Shown here piece by piece: positions 26,912-34,849 of a stretch of 64,000 nucleotides of DNA. This DNA is from Flavobacteriales bacterium (GTDB lineage Bacteria; Bacteroidota; Bacteroidia; Flavobacteriales_F; PHOS-HE28), in the NCBI GenBank assembly GCA_041749915.1, contig JBGTAJ010000322.1, forward strand, positions 7,165 to 71,164, given 5' to 3'. The position numbers and the translations under genes were made by a program. A model generated the notes under the pieces. It saw nothing but the letters and a program-made list of their open reading frames with translations. It searched no databases and was not told the origin of the DNA. Position 1 is the first letter of the stretch, and each line of letters opens with the position of its first letter.

Positions 26912-27173
26912 TCCAACCTATGGTCCTGCGAAGGCCGTCCATTGGGTCTCGTCAGCCGCTTTCAGCTGCACCTCGTATATGAGGACCGGCGGCTCCTTGT
27001 CATCTGACAGTTCGGAATAGTGCCAGCGGGATCATCTCTTTCGGCATCCAGCTGGTTTGATCCTGAAGTTCATCGCGAGCCTTTCGCTGAAAGTGATCCA
27101 CACACGCTTTCGTTGATACGTTCCGGCCTTAGCCCGCGTTGGACCAGTGCCATCCTGGCCAACTTGCGGTGCG

Positions 27174-28016
27174 ATGAAACGTGTTCCATTCCTCCTTCTT
27201 CTACTGGTGCTGTCCCTGACCTCGGTCCAGGCCCAAAGCCTTTACGGCCGCAAGAAGAAGGACATCATCCCATTGGAGGGCCAGGCCAAACGCATCGGCT
27301 GGTTCGTGTCGCCGGGGATCACCTGGACGCACACCCGCATCAAGAACAGCGAAGAGGAGGTATTCCGGAATGCGGACACGTCCTATAGTGCGACCTATGA
27401 TCCCGCTGGAAGGATCGGCTTCTATCTGGAGGGCGGCTTCACTTGGTACACCCGTGACCCTGTGATCGTGGACTATTTCGATGCCGGCTTCGCTTACAAG
27501 AACCTGCGTGGAAGCGAATCCTTTGAGGGCAACCTGATGCGCGGCGACAGCCTGGCGCCATTGGCCGGTGAGGGCACCTTCGCGGAACGCCAGTTGACCT
27601 TCAACATCAACGCCAACAAGTTCATCCAGACGGGCGATTACCAGTTCGTACAGCTTAGCCTCGGCGCCAACGTGGACTATCGGCTGGGTAACGATCTGGA
27701 GCATACAGGTGATCCTTTGTTGAACGAGCACGAGTTCCCGCCCGACCTGATCGCCCAGGCACACTTCAAAGTGGGCTACGGCTTCAAGCTCACCGGCACC
27801 CTGATCATGATCCCCACGTTGGAGAGCCCGATCTTCAGCATCACACCGAAAGATCAAGGCTTCGGCCAGTTGCAGTGGTTCAGCAGCCGATACCGCCCCC
27901 TCATCCTCACCGTACGGTTTCTTTTCCTGCGCGCTCGCAACGGCTTTGATTGCCCACCGCCCATCCGGAACAAGGGGGACATCAAGCAGTACCGGCAGGA
28001 CGGGTATCATCCGTAG
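27174..28016 (+). CDS. Hypothetical outer-membrane beta-barrel-like protein
   Basis: Start at MKRVPFLLLLLVLSLTSVQAQ (ATG 27174). It has alternating aromatic/glycine beta-strand patterns (FYLEGGFTWYT, FKVGYGFKL). Confidence 0.7.
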   Translation: MKRVPFLLLLLVLSLTSVQAQSLYGRKKKDIIPLEGQAKRIGWFVSPGITWTHTRIKNSEEEVFRNADTSYSATYDPAGRIGFYLEGGFTWYTRDPVIVDYFDAGFAYKNLRGSESFEGNLMRGDSLAPLAGEGTFAERQLTFNINANKFIQTGDYQFVQLSLGANVDYRLGNDLEHTGDPLLNEHEFPPDLIAQAHFKVGYGFKLTGTLIMIPTLESPIFSITPKDQGFGQLQWFSSRYRPLILTVRFLFLRARNGFDCPPPIRNKGDIKQYRQDGYHP

Positions 28017-28020
28017 GGGG

Positions 28021-28080
28021 AGTTGTGTGTTGGCAGTTGGCAGGAGTTGGGAGTTGGAACAACCCTCAACCACTCAAACC
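28021..28080. repeat. AGTTGG microrepeats followed by inverted CAACC repeats
   Basis: GTTGG occurs at 28029, 28036, 28046 and 28053. Then CAACCCTCAACCACTCAAACC runs from 28060 to 28080. The spacer is convergent and the dyad is imperfect. Confidence 0.75.
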
Positions 28081-28090
28081 CGGCCCCCAA

Positions 28091-28726
28091 CTACCTCAAG
28101 AACGGATTGCTCCGCTTTTCCCTGCCGATGGTCGTTTCCGGTCCGTGGCCGGAATAGACCACCACCTCATCGCCCAAGGGGAACAGCTGTTCCCGGATGC
28201 TCCGTAGCAGGGTGTCCAGGTCGCCACCGGGCAGGTCCGTCCGGCCGATGCTGTTCATGAACAGCACGTCGCCGGCGATGACGAAGTGCTGTGCCTCGCA
28301 GAACAGCGCCACGTGGCCCGGTGCATGTCCGGGGACGAACAGCACCTTGAGGGTGTCGCTTCCCAGGGTGATGGTCTCGCCCGGCACCAAGGCCCGGCCT
28401 GGGGAAGGGCCTTCCTCGTAGGGCAGGCCGTACATCCGGGCCATCTGTGGAGCCCCGGCGTAGAGCTCGTGGTCCGCGGGATGCAGGTCGGGCGTAAGGC
28501 CATAGCGCGAATTCGCCCAGGCGCAACCGAACACATGGTCGATGTGGGCGTGGGTGAGCACAAGATGTACGGGGGTCAGTGCGTTCTCCGCCAGATAGGC
28601 CTCCAGCTCATGTTCCTCCGTCGCGTTCCAGCATCCCGGGTCGATCAAAATGGCCTGCGAACCATTGTGGATGACATAGGTGTTCTCCTGGAACGGGTTG
28701 AAGGTGAACTTGGCAACTCTTAGCAT
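28091..28726 (-). CDS. MBL-fold metallo-hydrolase (glyoxalase II-like)
   Basis: 211 aa with the motif LTHAHIDHVFG (HxHxDH) and a downstream GHAPGH. Confidence 0.9.
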   Translation of the reverse strand: MLRVAKFTFNPFQENTYVIHNGSQAILIDPGCWNATEEHELEAYLAENALTPVHLVLTHAHIDHVFGCAWANSRYGLTPDLHPADHELYAGAPQMARMYGLPYEEGPSPGRALVPGETITLGSDTLKVLFVPGHAPGHVALFCEAQHFVIAGDVLFMNSIGRTDLPGGDLDTLLRSIREQLFPLGDEVVVYSGHGPETTIGREKRSNPFLR

Positions 28727-28796
28727 GGCAGGAAAAGCCCGAAATTCGCAGGGAATTGCCTTCGGGCAAGGCTCCGAAAGTAGCTATCTTCAGCAC

Positions 28797-31700
28797 GTGC
28801 ACGCCCGTTCGACCGTTTCCCTCCGCCGCCTCCTGCCCGCGGTCATCCTGGCCCTTGCGGCGGTGATGGGCCATGGGCAGTTCTATTCCGGCTCGCAGCA
28901 GGAGTATGGCAAGAACCGGGTGCAGTACCAGGACTTCCTGTGGCAGCAGTACCGCTTCCAGGACATGGAGGTGTTCTTCTACAAGGAAGGTCGGGACCTG
29001 GCCAAATACACGGCACAGGCCGCCACCCGCCACCTCAAGGAACTGGAGAAGGACATGGACTATGCGTTGGACGAGCGCCTGCAGTTCATCGTCTACAACT
29101 CGCTCACCGACTTCCGGCAGAGCAACATCGGCCTCGCCGGCATGCAGGGCGACAACAACATCGGAGGCCTCACCCGGATCGTGGGCACCAAGATCTTCGT
29201 CTATTTCGAGGGGGATCACATGCTGCTGGAGCGGCAGATCCGATCGGGCATCGCGCACGTGATCATCGATCAGATGATGTTCGGGGGCAACTGGCGCGAG
29301 ATGCTCAAGAACTCCACCTTTATGAGCCTGCCCACCTGGTTCACGGAGGGCATCATCTCCTACCATTCCCGTCCCTGGGACGCCGAGCTGAACAACCGTG
29401 TGCGGGATGGTGTGCTCAGCGGTCGCTATGCCAAGCTCAACCGGCTTTCCGGTGAGGATGCCCGCTTCATGGGGCATGCCATCTGGAAGTACGTGGCAGA
29501 TGTATACGGGCCGGCCGTTCTGCCCAACATCATGTACATGACCCGGGTGAGCCGCAATGCGGAAAGCGGCTTCCTCTATGTGCTCGGTGTGTCGTTGAAG
29601 ACCTTGTCACAGGAATGCCTGGACCATTACCGGGGCAAGTTCACCGAGGAGGACCGGTCGCGTCAGCGGATCACCCAGGAACCGCTTCCCATCCGCACCC
29701 GGAAACAGCGCAGCTACAGCCAGTTCAAGGAAAGCCCCGATGGGCGCCACATGGCCTGGGTGAGCAATGAGCTGGGTCAGTACAAGGTGTGGATCTATGA
29801 GGTGGGCACGGGCAAGTTGCGGCGCATCGTGAAGGGGGAGAAGAAGCTGGACCGCATCGTGGACCGCAGCTATCCGGTGCTGGCCTGGCATCCCTCGGGG
29901 CAGGCCCTGAGCTACGCGGTGGAACGGAAGGGCGAGCTCGTGCTGCGCACCTACACGCTGGATGATGGCAAGACCTCCGAGAAGGACGTGTTCCAACTGG
30001 AGAAGATCCTCTCTATGGACTACTCCGCCGATGGTCGGAACATGGTGTTCAGCGGCATCCGCGAGGGGCGCACGGACCTGTACCTCTACTACGTGATCGG
30101 CAATCGCCAGGAACAGCTCACCGACGATCAGTTCGATGACCTGGACCCCCGCTTCGCGGATGAGGACAAGCATATCATCTTCAGCAGTGACCGGCCTGAC
30201 GACACGCTCCGGACCAATGCCGACGTGGCTTTGGTGAACGGCACCAAGGACATCTACCTGCTCGATGTGGCCACGCGTTCACGCCTGCTGACCCGGCTCA
30301 CCAATACCCCTGGCGTGAACGAGGTGCAGCCCTCCCGCTTTGACAGCGTGAACTACACCTTCCTGAGCGATGTGGACGGTCTGCTGAACCGCTTCATGGT
30401 ACGCTACGACAGTGCCGTGAGCCACATCGATACCACGGTGCATTACCGCTACTACACGGTGGAGGAACGCTCCACGGACCTCCAGCGTTCGATCCTGGAG
30501 CAGCACGTAAATGCTCGCCGGGGCCGCTTCACGCAGCTTCAATTAGTGGATGGGCGCTATGAGTTCCGTTCCGGACGCACGTCCGATGGGCGCATGGCCG
30601 GGAATGGTGGCGAAGGTCCTTCCGGAATGGGCGTCCCAAATGCCGACCCTGGCAATGGCAACGGTGAATTGAGCCCGGTGGTGAAGGTGGACCCCCAGGT
30701 GCCCAGACCCACCGGAGCCGACGCGGTGGACATCCGCAACTACACCTTCCTGGACGAGGCCAATGGTGCCGTGCGCGCACCGGACCCGCGCAAGGCCAAG
30801 GTGGCCGCACCGGTTTCGAAAGGCAGCGATACCACTGCCGTGAGCGTGTTCCGCTTCCCGGACCAACGAAATTACAACCTCAACTTCACCATTGATGAGG
30901 TGGTAACCCAGGTGGACAACAGCTACAGCAACCAGTTCTATCAGCCCTTCACCGGACCCGGCGAATTGAACCCTGGACTTAGCGGACTCACCCGGATGGG
31001 GGCCAGCGACCTCTTCGAGGACCATCGTATCCTGGGCGGTTTCCGCTTTGCCCTGGACCTGAACAACAACGACTACCTGCTGGCCTATGAGAACCTGAAG
31101 AACCGACTGGACAAGCGGATCTCTTTCCAGCGACAGGCCATCCAGAGCGTTGGGCTCTTTGGTGTGATCAAGTCCCACACCCACAACGTGCGCTTCCAGG
31201 TGAGCTGGCCCTTCAGTGAGCTCGCCAGCCTGCGGGCATCGGCGATGTACCGCAATGACCGGTACGTGCAGCAGAGCATCGATCCATTGAGCCTGCGTAC
31301 GCCGAACTTCAATGATCACATGGTCGGTGGGAAGTTGGAATATGTGTACGACAGCTCCATGCCCCGGGGGCTGAACCTGTGGACGGGGTGGAAGCTGAAG
31401 TTCTTCGCCGAGGTTTACCAGCAGCCGACCGAGGATGGTGACATGCAGGTGGTGGGGATGGACCTTCGCCACTCCCTGAAAGTGCACCGCGAACTGATCT
31501 GGGTGAGCCGCATCGCCGGTAGCAGTTCCTTCGGAAGCCGAAAGGTCATCAATTTCCTGGGTGGCGTGGACAACTGGTTGTGGGCCAAGGTGGACCCGAG
31601 CATTCCCATCGACTTCAACCAGAACTATTTCTACCAGACGATGTCGGTGCCCATGCGCGGTTTCTTCTACAACGCCCGCAATGGCTCCAGCTTCGCCGTG

Positions 31701-32045
31701 TTCAACACCGAACTGCGCCTGCCCATCGTGCGCTACCTCGTGAACCGTCCGGTGCGGTCCGATTTCTTCAACCACCTGCAGGTCTGTGCCTTCGGTGACG
31801 TCGGTGCCGCCTGGACCGGGTCCGACCCCTATTCGGAGGACAACACCTTCAACCAGGTGACGGTCGTCCGGAATCCGCTGACCATCACCATCGACAGCCA
31901 GCGCGAACCCATCATCGCCAGTTACGGTTTCGGATTGCGCACCCGGTTGCTCGGCTACTTCGTGCGCGGCGATTGGGGATGGGGGATCGATGACGGGGTG
32001 ATCCAGCCCAGCGTGTTCCACTTCTCGCTCAGCCTCGACATCTGA
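28797..32045 (+). CDS. Large envelope protein: N-terminal peptidase-like domain, TolB/PD40-type beta-propeller, Gly-rich linker, Omp85-like C-terminal barrel
   Basis: The track ORF is 28680..32045. The first ATG (28725) overlaps the divergent MBL start codon (CATG), so I prefer the GTG at 28797, which gives (M)HARSTVSLRRLLPAVILALAAV, a signal peptide. It has PD40-like repeats (SPDGRHMAWVS, YSADGRNMVFSG). The C-terminal ~330 aa have an alternating beta-strand pattern ending ...FHFSLSLDI. Confidence 0.85.
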   Translation: MHARSTVSLRRLLPAVILALAAVMGHGQFYSGSQQEYGKNRVQYQDFLWQQYRFQDMEVFFYKEGRDLAKYTAQAATRHLKELEKDMDYALDERLQFIVYNSLTDFRQSNIGLAGMQGDNNIGGLTRIVGTKIFVYFEGDHMLLERQIRSGIAHVIIDQMMFGGNWREMLKNSTFMSLPTWFTEGIISYHSRPWDAELNNRVRDGVLSGRYAKLNRLSGEDARFMGHAIWKYVADVYGPAVLPNIMYMTRVSRNAESGFLYVLGVSLKTLSQECLDHYRGKFTEEDRSRQRITQEPLPIRTRKQRSYSQFKESPDGRHMAWVSNELGQYKVWIYEVGTGKLRRIVKGEKKLDRIVDRSYPVLAWHPSGQALSYAVERKGELVLRTYTLDDGKTSEKDVFQLEKILSMDYSADGRNMVFSGIREGRTDLYLYYVIGNRQEQLTDDQFDDLDPRFADEDKHIIFSSDRPDDTLRTNADVALVNGTKDIYLLDVATRSRLLTRLTNTPGVNEVQPSRFDSVNYTFLSDVDGLLNRFMVRYDSAVSHIDTTVHYRYYTVEERSTDLQRSILEQHVNARRGRFTQLQLVDGRYEFRSGRTSDGRMAGNGGEGPSGMGVPNADPGNGNGELSPVVKVDPQVPRPTGADAVDIRNYTFLDEANGAVRAPDPRKAKVAAPVSKGSDTTAVSVFRFPDQRNYNLNFTIDEVVTQVDNSYSNQFYQPFTGPGELNPGLSGLTRMGASDLFEDHRILGGFRFALDLNNNDYLLAYENLKNRLDKRISFQRQAIQSVGLFGVIKSHTHNVRFQVSWPFSELASLRASAMYRNDRYVQQSIDPLSLRTPNFNDHMVGGKLEYVYDSSMPRGLNLWTGWKLKFFAEVYQQPTEDGDMQVVGMDLRHSLKVHRELIWVSRIAGSSSFGSRKVINFLGGVDNWLWAKVDPSIPIDFNQNYFYQTMSVPMRGFFYNARNGSSFAVFNTELRLPIVRYLVNRPVRSDFFNHLQVCAFGDVGAAWTGSDPYSEDNTFNQVTVVRNPLTITIDSQREPIIASYGFGLRTRLLGYFVRGDWGWGIDDGVIQPSVFHFSLSLDI

Positions 32046-32419
32046 TGACCCTCGACACCCAGACCATCCTGCTCCTCGTGGTCATCGGGCTGGTGGCCGG
32101 GATGCTCAGCGGCCTGGTCGGCATCGGTGGTGGATTGCTCATGGTGCCCGCACTGGTGTGGCTCCTGAGCTATTCGCAGCACCAGGCGCAGGGCACCAGC
32201 CTGGCCGTGCTGATGCTGCCGGTGGTCTTCCTGGCGGTGCGCAACTACTACAAGGCCGGCGTCATCGACCCCAAGGTCGTGGGCATCATCGCACTGTCCT
32301 TCGTGCTCGGTGGTGCGCTGGGGAGCAAATGGGCCATCGCACTCCCTGCCGAGCCCCTGAAGAAGGTGTTCGGCGTCGTGCTTCTCCTGGCCTCCATCAA
32401 GCTCATCTTCGGCAAGTGA
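32045..32419 (+). CDS. Half-size TauE/SafE (TSUP) family membrane protein
   Basis: 124 aa and about 4 TM segments, with the motif GLVGIGGGLLMVP. Its ATG shares one base with the upstream stop (TGATG). Confidence 0.75.
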   Translation: MTLDTQTILLLVVIGLVAGMLSGLVGIGGGLLMVPALVWLLSYSQHQAQGTSLAVLMLPVVFLAVRNYYKAGVIDPKVVGIIALSFVLGGALGSKWAIALPAEPLKKVFGVVLLLASIKLIFGK

Positions 32420-32494
32420 ACCATGCGCGGGCGAGCATATGTTCGGTACGATGGGCCGGAGGTGAAATAGGACCATGACATATTCCGCAACGGT

Positions 32495-33703
32495 ATGATC
32501 GATCACATCAAACACCAGGTGGCGCAGCTGCGACCGGCCATGTTGGAATGGCGCCGCCATCTTCACCAACATCCGGAGCTCTCCTTCCAGGAACACCAGA
32601 CAGCCGCCTACGTCCAAGCGGTGTTGAACGCCGAAGGCATCGGGACGCGTGCCGGTGTCGGCAAATTGACACCGGAGTCCCCTGGCACCGGCATCATCGC
32701 GGTGGTGCGGGGTGAAGCGGGACCCTCGGACCGCTGCATCGCGCTGCGCGCTGACCTGGATGCCCTGCCGATCCAGGAGGTGGGCAAACCGGACTATTGT
32801 TCCACGGTGCCCGGCGTGATGCATGCCTGCGGGCATGATGTGCACACCAGCATGGTGCTCGGCGCGGGCATCGCCCTTCACCGCCTGCGCAAGGAATGGT
32901 CAGGCGCGGTGATGCTGGTCTTCCAACCCGGCGAGGAGAAGGAACCCGGTGGCGCATCCCTGCTGGTGAAGGAGGGTGTGTTCAACGATCCAAAGCCATC
33001 GGGGATCCTGGGTCAGCACGTCACACCAGAGCTGCCGGTGGGCAAACTCGGCTTCCGCAGTGGTGCGTTCATGGCGGCTGCGGATGAGTTGTACATCACC
33101 GTGAAGGGCAAGGGTGGTCATGCCGGGTCGCCGCATCTCTGCATCGATCCGGTGCTCATCGCAGCGCAATTGTTGACCGCGTTGCAACAGGTAGTGAGCC
33201 GACGCAACAAGCCCGGCCAGCCGATGGTCCTGTCCTTCGGTAAGGTGATCGCCAACGGCGCCACCAACATCATCCCCGATACCGTCACACTGGAAGGAAC
33301 GCTACGCACCTTCGATGAACCGTGGCGTGCAGAGCTGCATGAGCTACTGCCAAGGATGGCCATGGATCTGGCGCGCAGCATGGGCGGCGACGTGGACTTC
33401 CGGCTGGTGAAAGGCTCTCCCGTGGTGAAGAACGATCCGGAGCTGAACGCCCGCATCCGTGCAGTGGCCGTGGACTTCGTGGGCGCCGGGAACGTGGTGG
33501 ACATGGACATCCGCATGGGCGCCGAGGACTTCGCGTACTACACGCATGTGATGCCCGGATGTTTCTTCCGACTGGGAACGGGAAACCCGGCAAAAGCCGG
33601 CACCACCAGCGGACTTCACCGCGCCGAATTCGATGTGGACGAGGATGCCATGGCGATCGGGGCGGGGATGATGGTGGCGGGGGCGCTGAGCGAGTTGCAA
33701 TGA
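32495..33703 (+). CDS. M20 family amidohydrolase (N-acyl-L-amino-acid amidohydrolase/hippuricase-like)
   Basis: 402 aa with ELSFQEHQTAAYV, MHACGHDVHT and FQPGEE, which are typical M20D motifs. Confidence 0.9.
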   Translation: MIDHIKHQVAQLRPAMLEWRRHLHQHPELSFQEHQTAAYVQAVLNAEGIGTRAGVGKLTPESPGTGIIAVVRGEAGPSDRCIALRADLDALPIQEVGKPDYCSTVPGVMHACGHDVHTSMVLGAGIALHRLRKEWSGAVMLVFQPGEEKEPGGASLLVKEGVFNDPKPSGILGQHVTPELPVGKLGFRSGAFMAAADELYITVKGKGGHAGSPHLCIDPVLIAAQLLTALQQVVSRRNKPGQPMVLSFGKVIANGATNIIPDTVTLEGTLRTFDEPWRAELHELLPRMAMDLARSMGGDVDFRLVKGSPVVKNDPELNARIRAVAVDFVGAGNVVDMDIRMGAEDFAYYTHVMPGCFFRLGTGNPAKAGTTSGLHRAEFDVDEDAMAIGAGMMVAGALSELQ

Positions 33704-34272
33704 GGCTGAATGTGGTCGGTTCGATGCGCGTCTTCCGTGGCATTGTGCAGTGGCTCGTCATGATGGTGGCGTTGTGTGCGGTAGGATGTGGCGCGCCCGG
33801 TGCGGTCCCCGATGCGGATCCCACTGCGACGGACACCAGCGGATCGTGGCCTTCACCTGAGTTGGAGGAGATCGCCAGCACTTTGGCAGCGGATACAATC
33901 CTCACCGACATCGCATTGAGCCTCTTCAACGACCGGCATCACTTGCGCATCATTGGAATGGGGCAAGGTGGGTTTAATCACGACCGTGCATTCCGTGTCC
34001 AACTTACGGGGCCTGGAGGCGTGGTGTTGGACACTGTGCTGACCAAGGCTTCCTTCGCGGATAGTTTGGATGCCGAGTTCCTTGACCGTGCAGGCCTGTA
34101 TGCACTGGACTTTGACTTCGTGCGCTCACGAAGCCTTTACTTCAACGCGTACGTCGGCGTGGATGAGACCGACTACGTGCAGCCTATAGATCTGTTCATG
34201 ACGTATGCAGGCGAGCAGAAGGGCCGAATGCACTATTGGCTTGTTCCCGAGGACATCGGCGCGCAGGAATGA
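33700..34272 (+). CDS. Hypothetical lipoprotein
   Basis: The ATG at 33700 overlaps the upstream stop (ATGA). The sequence ...WLVMMVALCAVGCGAP forms a signal peptide and lipobox. I recognise no family. Confidence 0.6.
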   Translation: MRLNVVGSMRVFRGIVQWLVMMVALCAVGCGAPGAVPDADPTATDTSGSWPSPELEEIASTLAADTILTDIALSLFNDRHHLRIIGMGQGGFNHDRAFRVQLTGPGGVVLDTVLTKASFADSLDAEFLDRAGLYALDFDFVRSRSLYFNAYVGVDETDYVQPIDLFMTYAGEQKGRMHYWLVPEDIGAQE

Positions 34273-34302
34273 CCATCGTCCAGGCAATGCCTGGATCACC
34301 GA

Positions 34303-34638
34303 TCACCGCTGCACGATATCATCCAGCTCGATCACCGGCCTCCCGCTCTTCTCGTGAACGGTCATCTCCACCACATGCGTGGAACGCCCGTGGGCGGTGT
34401 ACAGGTCCACATGTACCGAGAACGCGCCTGGCCAGTTGCGCACCGCAGTGACCTGCAGGTTGTTCCACACCGTGGGCGGTGGCATCACCAATGGTGCTCC
34501 TATGTCCTCCGCGGCATCCATCATGGCATCCGCACTTAGCCGAACACCGCCGGTGACCTGTTCCAACTCATCGTAACGCCGTTCCACCAGCAGCTTCAAT
34601 ACATGCTTGGCGACGAGAGAAAGTTCGTTGGGGCCCAT
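34303..34638 (-). CDS. Small cytoplasmic hypothetical protein (immunity-protein-like fold suspected)
   Basis: The 111-aa ORF has the pattern LLVERRYDELEQVTGGVRLSADAMMDAAEDIGAPLVMPP...VDLYTAHGRSTHVVEMTV. This resembles small orphan immunity-type or DUF proteins I know from memory only. Confidence 0.6.
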   Translation of the reverse strand: MGPNELSLVAKHVLKLLVERRYDELEQVTGGVRLSADAMMDAAEDIGAPLVMPPPTVWNNLQVTAVRNWPGAFSVHVDLYTAHGRSTHVVEMTVHEKSGRPVIELDDIVQR

Positions 34639-34657
34639 CGTTCAGATACGCATCCAA

Positions 34658-34822
34658 CTAGGCCCACAATAACCAGTAGAGCCCTCCCCATATACCGAGG
34701 AACATGAGCCCAAGCACCAAGGTCCCTCGGTGTTCCATAAGGTCGTGTTTTACAAGTGCACGGTAGAGTATCCAACCCAGGAAAAGGGCGACAAGGCCCA
34801 CTACCATCACCATACGTCCCAT
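34658..34822 (-). CDS. Putative 54-aa two-helix membrane micro-protein
   Basis: It is below the track's size cut-off. My own translation is MGRMVMVVGLVALFLGWILYRALVKHDLMEHRGTLVLGLMFLGIWGGLYWLLWA*. It fills the gap between recQ and the 111-aa gene on the same strand. Confidence 0.35.
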   Translation of the reverse strand: MGRMVMVVGLVALFLGWILYRALVKHDLMEHRGTLVLGLMFLGIWGGLYWLLWA

Positions 34823-34849
34823 GTTCACTGGTGTTGATCCGGTGGAAAA

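Noticed and set aside
26912-27173. A pseudogene call for the 37-codon minus-strand frame (…WHYSELSDDKEPPVLIYEVQLKAADETQWTAFAGP*), and the overlapping 122-aa + ORF at 27020-27388.
   Set aside because: The minus-strand frame has no start codon and no recognisable family, so it is too short to support a feature. The + ORF overlaps the real signal-peptide gene starting at 27174 in another frame and is Pro/Arg/Gly-rich. It is kept only as a remark in a finding.
28680-28796. The upstream GTG (28680) or ATG (28725) as the start of the giant envelope protein.
   Set aside because: These starts would overlap the divergent MBL hydrolase coding region or start codon, and they add a non-signal-like N-terminus. 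The GTG at 28797 yields a plausible signal peptide. This remains unproven.
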